Positions 34,625-43,738 of a stretch of DNA of 62,491 bases are shown here, one piece after another. The DNA is from Candidatus Omnitrophota bacterium (GTDB lineage: Bacteria > Omnitrophota > Gorgyraeia > Zapsychrales > Fredricksoniimonadaceae). Made by a program: the position numbers and the translations under genes. How positions within the stretch are numbered: position 1 is the stretch's first letter; every line of letters begins with the position of its first letter. The stretch lies in NCBI GenBank assembly GCA_030650275.1, contig JAUSEK010000026.1:1-62491 (forward strand), given 5' to 3'. The notes beneath the pieces are model-generated. The model had not been told where the DNA came from, ran no database searches, and saw only the letters and a program-made list of their open reading frames with translations.

Positions 34625-35584
34625 ATGACCGCACACGACCACATCATACAATTCTTGAAGGAAGCCGACGGCTACGTTTCCGGCGAGGACATGAGCGAGA
34701 CGCTCAAGATCAGCCGCGCCGCGGTATGGAAATACATTGACCATCTGCGCAAGGATGGCTATGACATCACGGCCGTGCCGCATCTGGGATACCGATTGGT
34801 GTCTGTCCCTGATAAATTATTGCCCCATGAGATTCAATCCGGTTTAAATACCAGGACATTCGGGAAAAACGTCGTCACTTTTAATACCGTCGGCTCCACC
34901 ATGGATGAGGCGTTCCGTTTAGGCATGGAGGGAGCGCCGGAAGGAACGGTGGTTTGCGCCGAGACGCAAACACAAGGCCGCGGCCGTCTGGGCCGCGTGT
35001 GGTCTTCGCCTAAGGCCAAAGGCATTTATTGTTCTTTGATCTTAAGGCCGCGGCTTCCGCCGGGGCAATTGTCCCAGTTGACGCTGACCGCGGCCGTGGC
35101 CCTGGCCGAGGCCTTGCGCGATGCCGCGGGAATAGAGCCCGCCATCAAATGGCCCAATGACATTCTCATTGGCGGCAAAAAGCTCGCCGGCATATTGACG
35201 GAATTGCGCGCCGAGACCGATCAGGTCAAATTTATCGTCGTGGGTATGGGGATCAATGTCAACACATCGGCGTCCCAGCTCGTTGACGGGGCGTCGTCGT
35301 TAAGGACTGAAACCGGCCGCGTTCTTAACCGGGTCGTTGTGCTGCAGCATATCTTAAGGTCTTTTGAGGCCTGGTACGCGGTCTTAGGTCGCGGCCGTTT
35401 TGATCTGGTCATTAAGGCGTGGAAGGCGCGTTCAGCCACTCTCAAAAAGCGTGTGCGTGTCACCGGTCCCGGCGGCATGGTGGAAGGCCTGGCCGTGGAC
35501 CTGGATACCGACGGGGCGCTTTTGGTGCGTCAGGATTCGGGGGTCATTGTCAAGCTAACCGCAGGTGATCTGGTCCATGGATAA
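34625..35584 (+). CDS. birA: Bifunctional biotin ligase/repressor
   Basis: N-terminal HTH (VSGEDMSETLKISRAAVWK), GRGRLGR, KWPND, KLAGIL; start moved out of the repeat. Confidence 0.95.
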   Translation: MTAHDHIIQFLKEADGYVSGEDMSETLKISRAAVWKYIDHLRKDGYDITAVPHLGYRLVSVPDKLLPHEIQSGLNTRTFGKNVVTFNTVGSTMDEAFRLGMEGAPEGTVVCAETQTQGRGRLGRVWSSPKAKGIYCSLILRPRLPPGQLSQLTLTAAVALAEALRDAAGIEPAIKWPNDILIGGKKLAGILTELRAETDQVKFIVVGMGINVNTSASQLVDGASSLRTETGRVLNRVVVLQHILRSFEAWYAVLGRGRFDLVIKAWKARSATLKKRVRVTGPGGMVEGLAVDLDTDGALLVRQDSGVIVKLTAGDLVHG

Positions 35585-36734
35585 TGTCCTTCAGAAAGAT
35601 CTGGATGGATTGCAGGTCTTGGGATTGCGCCGTGGTTTGCGCCAAACGCAAAGCCCGCAGGGCCGGACGATCATCGTTGATGGACGAAGGGTCCTGAATT
35701 TTTGTTCCAATGATTATCTGGGGCTGGCCGATGATGAGAAGGTCAAGGCCGCGGCCATAGCATCCATCGGTCAAGACGGTTTCGGTTCCGGCGCTTCGCG
35801 GTTGGTGGGTGGTAATATGTCCGCCCACACCGCGTTGGAAGAGCGTTTGGCCGCGCTCAAAAAGACCGAGGCCTGTCTTTTATTCTCCAGCGGGTATATG
35901 GCCAATACCGGCATTATCCCGGCGCTGGTCGGCCGCGGGGACATTGTATTTTGCGACCGTCTGAACCATGCCTCCATCATTGACGGCATTCTCCTAAGCC
36001 GCGCCCAAATGAAACGTTATCCCCACGTGGACATGGCCGCCCTTGAAGACGGTCTTAAGAAGGCGTCGGGGCATCAACGCAAACTGATCGTGACCGACAC
36101 TATTTTCAGCATGGACGGGGACAGAGCGCCTTTGAAGGACATCGTGGAGTTGGCCCGGCGCTGGGGCGCGTGGGTGATGGTGGATGAAGCGCATGCCTTC
36201 GGGGTTTTAGGGCCGACAGGCATGGGACTTGTTGAGGAACTCAGGTTAAGCGATCAGGTGCAGGTCCAGATGGGCACTTTATCCAAAGCCGCCGGGTGTT
36301 TCGGCGCCTATGTTTGCGGTTCCGCCGTTCTTAAAGAAACCCTCATCAATCACGCCCGCAGTTTCATTTACACGACGGGGATGCCGCCTTCTGTCGCGGC
36401 CGCGGCGCATGCGGGGGTCAACATCATCGTCATAGAGCCCGGGCGCCGCCGTCAATTGCTTGATAACGCCGACCATTTACGCCAAGGGTTTAAGGCCCTT
36501 GGCCTTGATACGATGCGCTCAACAACACCCATCATTCCCATTTTAGCCGGCGAAGCCGACAGGGCTGTGATGATGTCACAAAAACTTTTTGAGCAGGGAT
36601 TTTTTGTGCAGGCCATACGCCCGCCGACGGTGCCAGTCAACACCGCGCGTTTGCGCGTGACCGTCACGGCCGCCCATACCAGAGAAGATTGCGAGGCCTT
36701 TCTGGAAGCCGTTAAAACCATATGCCTTTTCTAA
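35577..36734 (+). CDS. bioF: 8-amino-7-oxononanoate synthase
   Basis: NFCSNDYLGL, NHASIIDG, VDEAHA, GTLSKA. Confidence 0.95.
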   Translation: MDNVLQKDLDGLQVLGLRRGLRQTQSPQGRTIIVDGRRVLNFCSNDYLGLADDEKVKAAAIASIGQDGFGSGASRLVGGNMSAHTALEERLAALKKTEACLLFSSGYMANTGIIPALVGRGDIVFCDRLNHASIIDGILLSRAQMKRYPHVDMAALEDGLKKASGHQRKLIVTDTIFSMDGDRAPLKDIVELARRWGAWVMVDEAHAFGVLGPTGMGLVEELRLSDQVQVQMGTLSKAAGCFGAYVCGSAVLKETLINHARSFIYTTGMPPSVAAAAHAGVNIIVIEPGRRRQLLDNADHLRQGFKALGLDTMRSTTPIIPILAGEADRAVMMSQKLFEQGFFVQAIRPPTVPVNTARLRVTVTAAHTREDCEAFLEAVKTICLF

Positions 36735-37522
36735 CGACTGACAGAGGCCTGCGCTGGCATTATGAGACGGCGGGCAGCGGCGATCCCATCCTGTTCATTC
36801 ATGGATTCGGCGGCAGCGGCCGCTGGTGGGAGGGCCAAGAAGAATTCTTGCGCAGCGGTCATCAAGTCATCACCGTTGATCTGCCCGGCCATGGTCAAAG
36901 CGCGTGGATGCCCGTGACGCTGGGCGGCCTGGCGGTGGATCTGCGTCAGATCATCAGCGGTCTTGGCATTTCCCAGTTCAACATGGTTTCCAGTTCTTTC
37001 GGCGGGCTCATTGCCTTTGAGCTGTGCCGGATGATGCCCGAAGCGGTCATGCGCATGTCTTTTGTCGGCGTCCTCCCGAAATTCGCGCGCGCGTCCGGTT
37101 ACCCGGCGGGACTGGACATTGACAAGATCCGCACATTGAGCGGCCAGTTTGACGGGGATTACGGCGCCATCCTTGACATTTTTTTCCGTTCGCTTTTTAC
37201 CATGCAAGAGCGCGACAGTGTCCGTTTTCAATGGGTCAAGGAAATGCGGGGTTCAGAACCCCTGCCGCAAAGGGAAGCGCTGAAATGTTTCCTGGATATT
37301 CTGGAAAAGGTGGATTTGCGCGGCCGCCTGGCCAGCGTCATTTGTCCGGTGCAATTCGTGACCGGCAGCGACGATTATATCTGTCCCCAGCTGGCCATGG
37401 CATGGGTTGCCCAACATTGTGTGAACGCCCGTTTTGATGTGATGCAGGGCCGTGGCCATCTGCCGTTTCTCACCGGACCCGATGAATATAACGATTTGTT
37501 GGAGGATTTTTTGATCAAATGA
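36722..37522 (+). CDS. bioH: Pimeloyl-ACP methyl ester esterase (alpha/beta hydrolase)
   Basis: IHGFGGS, DLPGHG, SSFGG, GHLPF; position in bio cluster. Confidence 0.8.
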   Translation: MPFLTTDRGLRWHYETAGSGDPILFIHGFGGSGRWWEGQEEFLRSGHQVITVDLPGHGQSAWMPVTLGGLAVDLRQIISGLGISQFNMVSSSFGGLIAFELCRMMPEAVMRMSFVGVLPKFARASGYPAGLDIDKIRTLSGQFDGDYGAILDIFFRSLFTMQERDSVRFQWVKEMRGSEPLPQREALKCFLDILEKVDLRGRLASVICPVQFVTGSDDYICPQLAMAWVAQHCVNARFDVMQGRGHLPFLTGPDEYNDLLEDFLIK

Positions 37523-38295
37523 CCATGTGGAATACATTCACCAACAGCGTGCGCAAGGCATTCACCGACGCGGCGGACCAGTATGATATTTTGGCCGGAT
37601 TGCACCGCGAGATCGGCCGCGAACTGGTCAAAAAGAACGCGCAGCGTTCGGCAGCGCGCATTTTAGATGTCGGCACCGGCACCGGGTATGTGGCCAATAA
37701 AACCAAATTCTTTTTTCCCGACGCGATGGTGGTGGGTCTGGACATCGCGGAAGGGATGATCAGCAAGGCCGCCCAAACCCATGAGGGCATCCGCTGGCTA
37801 CAGGCCGACGGACAGCGCCTGCCTTTTAAGGACGGGACTTTTGATATTATTTTTTCCAATCTCGCCTACCAGTGGATGCCTGATCTGCCCCTGGCTTTTA
37901 CCCAGGCCCGGCGCGTCCTGTCCAACGGAGGGACTTTTACCGGCACGCTGTTTGGCGTCCGGACCTGTGAAGAACTTTTTTCTTCGCTAACCGCGACAAA
38001 CCCGGAGGTGTCGGTGCGCCGTCTGCCGGCGCTCGAAGATGTTGGGCAGACATTGCATGCCGTTGGTTTTCAAGATATCCGCGTGGATTATGAATTGATC
38101 AAGGTGCAGTTCGCGGACATTTGGGAATTGTTGGGCTGGCTTAAAGATATCGGCGCCAATTATCTGCCGCGGGAGGGCTTTATCGGTAAGGAAGGATTGA
38201 CCCAGGCAGCCGCTCATTACCGGAAGCATTTTCCCTATAACAACGGGATTTGCGCTTCTTTTGAGGTCATATGGTTCGACGCGCGCTCTTCATAA
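37519..38295 (+). CDS. bioC: Malonyl-ACP O-methyltransferase
   Basis: ILDVGTGTG, FSNLAYQW; position in bio cluster. Confidence 0.88.
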   Translation: MTMWNTFTNSVRKAFTDAADQYDILAGLHREIGRELVKKNAQRSAARILDVGTGTGYVANKTKFFFPDAMVVGLDIAEGMISKAAQTHEGIRWLQADGQRLPFKDGTFDIIFSNLAYQWMPDLPLAFTQARRVLSNGGTFTGTLFGVRTCEELFSSLTATNPEVSVRRLPALEDVGQTLHAVGFQDIRVDYELIKVQFADIWELLGWLKDIGANYLPREGFIGKEGLTQAAAHYRKHFPYNNGICASFEVIWFDARSS

Positions 38296-38960
38296 CCGCC
38301 ACAGATACCGGCGTCGGCAAAACCATGGCAACGTTCGTTTTAGGGACATTGCTGAAGAGTAAGGGGATTGATGTCGGGGTGATGAAGCCGGTGCAATGCG
38401 GAGGGAATGACGCCGCGTTTTTGAAAAAAGCGTTGGAACTCGATGATGATATTGATGTGATCAACCCGTGTTACGCTCCCGAACCCCTGTCCCCGCATCT
38501 GGCTTTTCGCCGGGCCGGTCAGAAAGTGGATGTGGCAAAGATCCGCCGGGCCTATACGCTGTTGCGTCGCCGTCACGATGTTGTGCTCATCGAGGGCGCG
38601 GGGGGATTGATGGTGCCGCTCAAAAATAATTACTATAACGCGGATCTCATCCGGGACCTGAACGCCGAGGTCATCATCGTTTCCCGTCTGGGACTTGGGA
38701 CCATCAATCACACGCTGCTGACCATTGACCAGGCGAAGAGCCGGGGTTTGAAGATCAAAGGTGTGCTTTTTAGCGACACCGGCCCTGGACCTAAAGGCAT
38801 TGCCGAACAAACCAACCCCGCCGAGATCAAACGTCTGTCGGGCGTCCGGATGTTAGGCACCATTCCGTATTTATCCGCCGGAGGCGGATCTGCCTTTGGC
38901 AGAAAACAGATAAGCGTTAAGGAAGTATTAAAGAAATGCCGCAACATAGCCGTCGATTAA
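38271..38960 (+). CDS. bioD: Dethiobiotin synthetase
   Basis: ITATDTGVGKT, KPVQCG, IEGAGG, LGTINH. Confidence 0.95.
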   Translation: MVRRALFITATDTGVGKTMATFVLGTLLKSKGIDVGVMKPVQCGGNDAAFLKKALELDDDIDVINPCYAPEPLSPHLAFRRAGQKVDVAKIRRAYTLLRRRHDVVLIEGAGGLMVPLKNNYYNADLIRDLNAEVIIVSRLGLGTINHTLLTIDQAKSRGLKIKGVLFSDTGPGPKGIAEQTNPAEIKRLSGVRMLGTIPYLSAGGGSAFGRKQISVKEVLKKCRNIAVD

Positions 38961-40213
38961 AACAAATGGACAAGCAATACATCTGGCATCCGTTCACCCA
39001 AATGAAGGATTGGGAGAAGGAAGAGCCGCTCATCATTGATTCCGCTGACGGGGTTTATCTTAAGGACATTGACGGCAACCGTTATATCGACGGGGTATCG
39101 TCATTGTGGGTCAATGTGCATGGCCACCGCAAAAAAGCCATTGATGCGGCGATCAAGAAGCAAATGGAGAAGGTCAGCCACTCGACCCTGCTTGGATTGT
39201 CCAATACACCGGCTGTTGAATTGGCAGGGCAGTTGATCGGGCTCGCGCCGCGCGGTTTAACAAAAGTGTTCTATTCAGACAATGGCTCGACCGCGGTGGA
39301 GATCGCCGTCAAGATGGCCTATCAGTTTTGGCAAAACATCGGCCGCAAACAAAAAACACAGATCGTGCATTTGAGCAATTCCTATCACGGCGACACCTTG
39401 GGTAGTGTCAGCATCGGCGGCATAGACCTTTTTCATAAAGTGTATCAAGGGCTGATCTTTAAAACCATTGCCTTGACCATGGGCCCGCGGGTCGTTGAAG
39501 ACCTGGGGCGATTGCTGAAAACAAAAGGCGATCGCATTGCGGCCCTGGTCGTTGAACCGCTCGTACAGGGCGCGGCAGGCATGCTGATATGGCCCAACGG
39601 CGTTCTTAAAAAAATGCGCGCCTTGACCAAACACCATGATGTATTTCTGATCGCGGATGAAGTGGCCACGGGTTTCGGCCGCACAGGCAAAATGTTCGCC
39701 TGCGAACATGAGGGGGTGACGCCGGATTTCCTCTGCCTGGCCAAGGGCATCACCGCTGGATATTTGCCGCTGGCCGCCACACTCACGACGCAAAAAGTGT
39801 ATGACGGGTTCAAATTCGACTATAAAGAACAGAAAACATTTTTTCACGGCCATACCTATACCGGCAATCCTTTGGCTTGCGCCGCGGCGCTGGCAAACCT
39901 GGAAATTTTTCGCAAAGAGCGGGTTTTGGCGAAACTGCTTCCTAAGATAAAATTCTTGGCCAAACGCCTTAAAGTGTTTTATAATCTGCCTTCTGTCGTC
40001 GATGTCCGCCAGCTTGGGTTTATGGTGGGCATTGAACTCAAGGGCAAATGGGAAGAGCGTCTGGGAGCAAAGGTATGTCAGGCCGCGCGCCGTTATGGTG
40101 TCATTTTGCGGCCGCTGGGCAATGTGATCGTTCTTATGCCGCCCTTGTCCATCACGCGCAAGGAACTGGATCATTTGCTGACAGCGACGTATCAGGCGAT
40201 CGAGCAAATATGA
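38936..40213 (+). CDS. bioA: Adenosylmethionine-8-amino-7-oxononanoate aminotransferase
   Basis: IWHPFTQM, SYHGDT, DEVATGFGR, GHTYTGNP. Confidence 0.96.
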   Translation: MPQHSRRLKQMDKQYIWHPFTQMKDWEKEEPLIIDSADGVYLKDIDGNRYIDGVSSLWVNVHGHRKKAIDAAIKKQMEKVSHSTLLGLSNTPAVELAGQLIGLAPRGLTKVFYSDNGSTAVEIAVKMAYQFWQNIGRKQKTQIVHLSNSYHGDTLGSVSIGGIDLFHKVYQGLIFKTIALTMGPRVVEDLGRLLKTKGDRIAALVVEPLVQGAAGMLIWPNGVLKKMRALTKHHDVFLIADEVATGFGRTGKMFACEHEGVTPDFLCLAKGITAGYLPLAATLTTQKVYDGFKFDYKEQKTFFHGHTYTGNPLACAAALANLEIFRKERVLAKLLPKIKFLAKRLKVFYNLPSVVDVRQLGFMVGIELKGKWEERLGAKVCQAARRYGVILRPLGNVIVLMPPLSITRKELDHLLTATYQAIEQI

Positions 40214-41292
40214 AACCAAACAACGAAACCACAGTTTTCGTGGCCATGAGCGGGGGGGTGGACTCGTCGGTGGTGGCGGGCCTGATCAAGGAGGCCGGCT
40301 ACAAGACCGTCGGGGTGACCATGTGCTTTAACATCACACACCCTGACAGCGACCGGCCGTCGTGCTGCGGCATTGACGGCATCGCGGACGCCAAGCGCGC
40401 GGCCGAGATCCTCGGCATCCCGCACTATGTCTTTAACTTCGCGCAGGACATCAACGAGTACATCATTGACGATTTCACCAATGAATATTTGAGCGGCCGC
40501 ACGCCCAACCCCTGCGTGCGCTGTAACCAGCATTTGAAATTCGGCACTCTCTACGACAAGGTCAAGACGCTCGGCGCGGATTATCTGGCCACGGGCCATT
40601 ACGGAAAGATCGAGTTTAGCGCTGCCAAAAACCGTTTTGAATTAAAAAAAGCCGCGGACCCCAAAAAAGACCAATCCTATTTTCTCTACAGCATGAAAAA
40701 AGAAACCTTGCCGTCGGTGCTTTTTCCGCTGGGGGACCTTACCAAAATAGAAGTGCGCGCCCTGGCCCGCAAGTATGGGCTCAACACCGCTGATAAACCG
40801 GAAAGCCAGGACATTTGTTTTGTTCCTTCCACCGGGTATAAAAAGTTCATTGAGGACCGCGTGGGCAAACAGGTCATGGTGCCCGGTCCCTTTGTGGATG
40901 AGGCGGGCAAGGTGGTGGGCGAACACAAGGGCCTGGCCTATTACACCATCGGCCAGCGCGACAAATTGGGCCTAGCCCTGGGCTATCCCGTGTATGTTTA
41001 CAAGATCGACCGCGCTTCCAATACCGTGCATATCGGCGATCTGGCGAAACTGTATTCCACAGGGCTGGTCGCGGCCCAGGCCAACTGGGTGAGCATGGAA
41101 ATTCCCCAAGAAACCGTAGAAGTGACCGCCCGCATCCGATATAATTCTCCTGAGGTCAGGGCCTATTTGACGGCAATGGATGACGCAAACGTGCGTTTGG
41201 AGTTCGCCGAACCGCAAAAGTCCGTTACCCCGGGGCAGTCCGTGGTCTTTTACGACAAAGATGTTGTCCTGGGAGGGGCCATTATCAATTGA
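40210..41292 (+). CDS. mnmA: tRNA 2-thiouridylase
   Basis: AMSGGVDSS, PNPCVRCN, KDQSY, ESQDICF. Confidence 0.96.
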   Translation: MKPNNETTVFVAMSGGVDSSVVAGLIKEAGYKTVGVTMCFNITHPDSDRPSCCGIDGIADAKRAAEILGIPHYVFNFAQDINEYIIDDFTNEYLSGRTPNPCVRCNQHLKFGTLYDKVKTLGADYLATGHYGKIEFSAAKNRFELKKAADPKKDQSYFLYSMKKETLPSVLFPLGDLTKIEVRALARKYGLNTADKPESQDICFVPSTGYKKFIEDRVGKQVMVPGPFVDEAGKVVGEHKGLAYYTIGQRDKLGLALGYPVYVYKIDRASNTVHIGDLAKLYSTGLVAAQANWVSMEIPQETVEVTARIRYNSPEVRAYLTAMDDANVRLEFAEPQKSVTPGQSVVFYDKDVVLGGAIIN

Positions 41293-42563
41293 TGGGGATC
41301 GTTCTCAACACAGGCCATTTGAAGGGTTTTGTTCAAAACAGCGACCTGGACGCCCTGCAGCCGCAGGTCCAAAAGGCGCATGATGCCCTGCATCAAAAGA
41401 CCGGCGCCGGCGCCCAATTCACCGGCTGGGTGGACCTGCCTTCGCGCGTCCCCGACGCTTTGATCGCCGAACTGGACCGTCTTGCCGCCGAGGTGCAGAA
41501 AAATTCTGACGTTCTGGTGTCCATCGGCATCGGAGGGTCTTATTTAGGCATTCGCGCCACGCTGGAATTTTTAGGCGGCGCGCCCAAACTGCCCGTCTAT
41601 TATACCGGCCACAACATGTCCGGAGATTCCCTGCATACGCTTTTGGAGACCATCAAGGACAAGAGGGTGACGGTCATCGTCATTTCCAAATCCGGCACCA
41701 CCACCGAACCGGCCATCGCTTTTCGCGTCATCAAGAAATTTCTGGAAAGCAAATATTCCCCGGAAGAGTTAAAGAAACGCATCATCTGCGTTACCGACGA
41801 AAAGAAAGGCGCTTTGCGCGCCATTGCCCAAGCCCGCGGCTACCGGACATTTGTCATTCCCGACGACGTGGGAGGCCGTTATTCCGTTCTGACGCCGGTG
41901 GGGCTTGTGCCTCTGGCTTTGGCCGGCGTGGACATCAAGGCCCTGATCGCAGGCGCCGCCCAAGCCCAGGAGGAATATAAAGATCCCGACCTGTCCAAAA
42001 ATATTTGCTACCGTTACGCGGCCCTGCGCAATATTTTGTACCGCAAGGGTAAAAAGATCGAAGTGCTGGCCTCTTTTTATCCCAATGTTTCTTACGTGGC
42101 CGAGTGGTGGAAGCAATTGTTCGGGGAAAGCGAAGGCAAGGACAAGAAAGGGCTCTTTCCGGCGTCCTTGATCATGTCCACGGACCTGCATTCCATGGGC
42201 CAGTGGATGCAGGACGGGGAAAGGACGGCCTTTGAGACCTTTCTGATGGTGGACAAGCCGCGCCACGAGGTCGTCATCCCGCGGGACAAAGACGATACGG
42301 ACGGGTTCAATTACGTTGCCGGCAAGGAGCTTGATCTGGTCAACAAAAAGGCCTATGAAGCCACGGCCGCGGCCCATGATGAGGGCGGCGTGCCCAACAT
42401 GACCCTGACCATGGACAGGGCGGACGCGCGGCACATCGGACAGCTGTATTATTTCTTTGAGAAAGCGTGCGGGATATCGGGGTATTTGCTGGGCGTCAAC
42501 CCTTTTGACCAGCCTGGGGTGGAAGCGTATAAGACAAAGATGGCCGCGCTGCTGAAAGGATAG
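41292..42563 (+). CDS. pgi: Glucose-6-phosphate isomerase
   Basis: GIGGSYLG, SKSGTTTEP, VGGRYS, QLFGESEGK, NPFDQPGVE. Confidence 0.96.
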   Translation: MGIVLNTGHLKGFVQNSDLDALQPQVQKAHDALHQKTGAGAQFTGWVDLPSRVPDALIAELDRLAAEVQKNSDVLVSIGIGGSYLGIRATLEFLGGAPKLPVYYTGHNMSGDSLHTLLETIKDKRVTVIVISKSGTTTEPAIAFRVIKKFLESKYSPEELKKRIICVTDEKKGALRAIAQARGYRTFVIPDDVGGRYSVLTPVGLVPLALAGVDIKALIAGAAQAQEEYKDPDLSKNICYRYAALRNILYRKGKKIEVLASFYPNVSYVAEWWKQLFGESEGKDKKGLFPASLIMSTDLHSMGQWMQDGERTAFETFLMVDKPRHEVVIPRDKDDTDGFNYVAGKELDLVNKKAYEATAAAHDEGGVPNMTLTMDRADARHIGQLYYFFEKACGISGYLLGVNPFDQPGVEAYKTKMAALLKG

Positions 42564-42573
42564 ACCCCTCGCT

Positions 42574-42662
42574 AAACAAAAACCACGGATGTGTTATCCG
42601 TGGTTTGTGTAAGGGGATAGGCCTTGGGTTGCTTACGCTATCCCTGACCCTCCTTGTTCCTA
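42574..42662 (-). ncRNA. Candidate small RNA (about 90 nt)
   Basis: Minus-strand TTGCAT-17-TGn-CATACT promoter (42696-42668), internal GGGATAG/CTATCCC stem, 11-bp terminator hairpin plus U tract; no start codon after AGGAGG. Confidence 0.5.
42580..42606. terminator. Intrinsic terminator hairpin (bidirectional)
   Basis: AAACCACGGAT-gtgtt-ATCCGTGGTTT. Confidence 0.8.
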
Positions 42663-42747
42663 CGTGTAGTATGCCATATCCTTTTACGAAATGCAAGTTT
42701 TGTGTTATATAAAGGCGTGATCTTGATCATCAACAGGAGATAAACCC

Positions 42748-42906
42748 ATGGGACGTATCGGAATGCCGGAATTGATCCTTATCGTTGCCGTTTTCGTGCT
42801 TTTGTTCGGGGCCCAGAAATTGCCGGAGATCGGCAGCGCCATCGGCAAGGCCATCCGCGGGTTCAAGAAAAGCATGCACGACGTTGAGGATGACGTCAAG
42901 AAGTGA
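42748..42906 (+). CDS. tatA: Twin-arginine translocase subunit TatA/E, 52 aa
   Basis: MGRIGMPELILIVAVFVLLFGAQKLPEIGSAIGKAIRGFKK; AGGAG SD; not in the ORF track. Confidence 0.93.
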   Translation: MGRIGMPELILIVAVFVLLFGAQKLPEIGSAIGKAIRGFKKSMHDVEDDVKK

Positions 42907-43598
42907 AGGGTCCGTTTTTCGCCCACTTAGATGAACTGCGCCGCCGCATTTTAACGTCCCTGGCGGTTTTCTTCCTGGCGGTCCTTGTCTGTTTTAACTT
43001 CACCGGCCGGCTTTTGTCCTGGCTTATCCAGCCTGCCGGGCAGCTGGTCTTTACCTCGCCTGGCGAGGCCTTCGGCGCCCACATCACGGTGGCGGTCACC
43101 GCGGGTTTCGTCCTTTCCTTCCCGTTCATTTTATATCAACTGTGGATGTTCGCCGCCGCGGCCCTTAAACCCGATGAACGCCGGTTCATTGTGTTTTTCG
43201 GCCCTTTGTCCTTGCTTTTTTTCTTGTCCGGCGTGGCGTTCGCTTTTTTCGTGGCCGTGCCCATGGCCTACAGGTTCCTGATGGGGTTTGCGTCGTCTGA
43301 TCTGGTGCCCATGGTCAGTGTCGGGAATTACATGGGATTTTTGGGCAATCTGGTGGTGGCGTTCGGCGTTGCCTTTGAATTGCCGCTGGTGATGGCGTTT
43401 CTGGCGAAGATCGGCATCGCGACACCGGAATTCCTGCGCCAAAAACGGCGGCACGCAGTCATCATCATCCTAATCGTTGCCGCGGTCCTGACGCCGCCGG
43501 ATGTGGTGTCGCAGGTCTTATTGGCCGTGCCGATGCTGGCATTGTATGAGTTGGGGATTATTTTTACGCGGATCGGGTATAAACATAAAACCCCCTGA
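42903..43598 (+). CDS. tatC: Twin-arginine translocase subunit TatC
   Basis: HLDELRRR, SPGEAF, FGVAFELP, LTPPDVVSQ. Confidence 0.95.
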   Translation: MKGPFFAHLDELRRRILTSLAVFFLAVLVCFNFTGRLLSWLIQPAGQLVFTSPGEAFGAHITVAVTAGFVLSFPFILYQLWMFAAAALKPDERRFIVFFGPLSLLFFLSGVAFAFFVAVPMAYRFLMGFASSDLVPMVSVGNYMGFLGNLVVAFGVAFELPLVMAFLAKIGIATPEFLRQKRRHAVIIILIVAAVLTPPDVVSQVLLAVPMLALYELGIIFTRIGYKHKTP

Positions 43599-43614
43599 AA
43601 CATCAGAGGGTTTT

Positions 43615-43704
43615 ATGAAAAAAACAATGCGTGGTACTTATTTTCTTTTAGCTGTTTTCTTCTTTTTCTTGGTGGCCATGGTGTTCTCCTTTCTTAAGGA
43701 TTGA
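43615..43704 (+). CDS. Putative 29 aa single-TM peptide
   Basis: MKKTMRGTYFLLAVFFFFLVAMVFSFLKD; GAGGG upstream; fills the tatC-hemW gap. Confidence 0.45.
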   Translation: MKKTMRGTYFLLAVFFFFLVAMVFSFLKD

Positions 43705-43738
43705 TTTGTTAATTCAATAGTAGCACAGCCGTACTGAT

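Noticed and set aside
39275-40219. 314 aa antisense ORF over bioA (similar ones over purD, hemW, ispA, pgi)
   Set aside because: Codon-mirror artefacts with no independent signals.
42574-42662. SRP RNA or c-di-GMP riboswitch identity for the candidate sRNA
   Set aside because: Lacks the symmetric SRP domain IV loop and the GEMM P1/P2 motifs; left as unknown.
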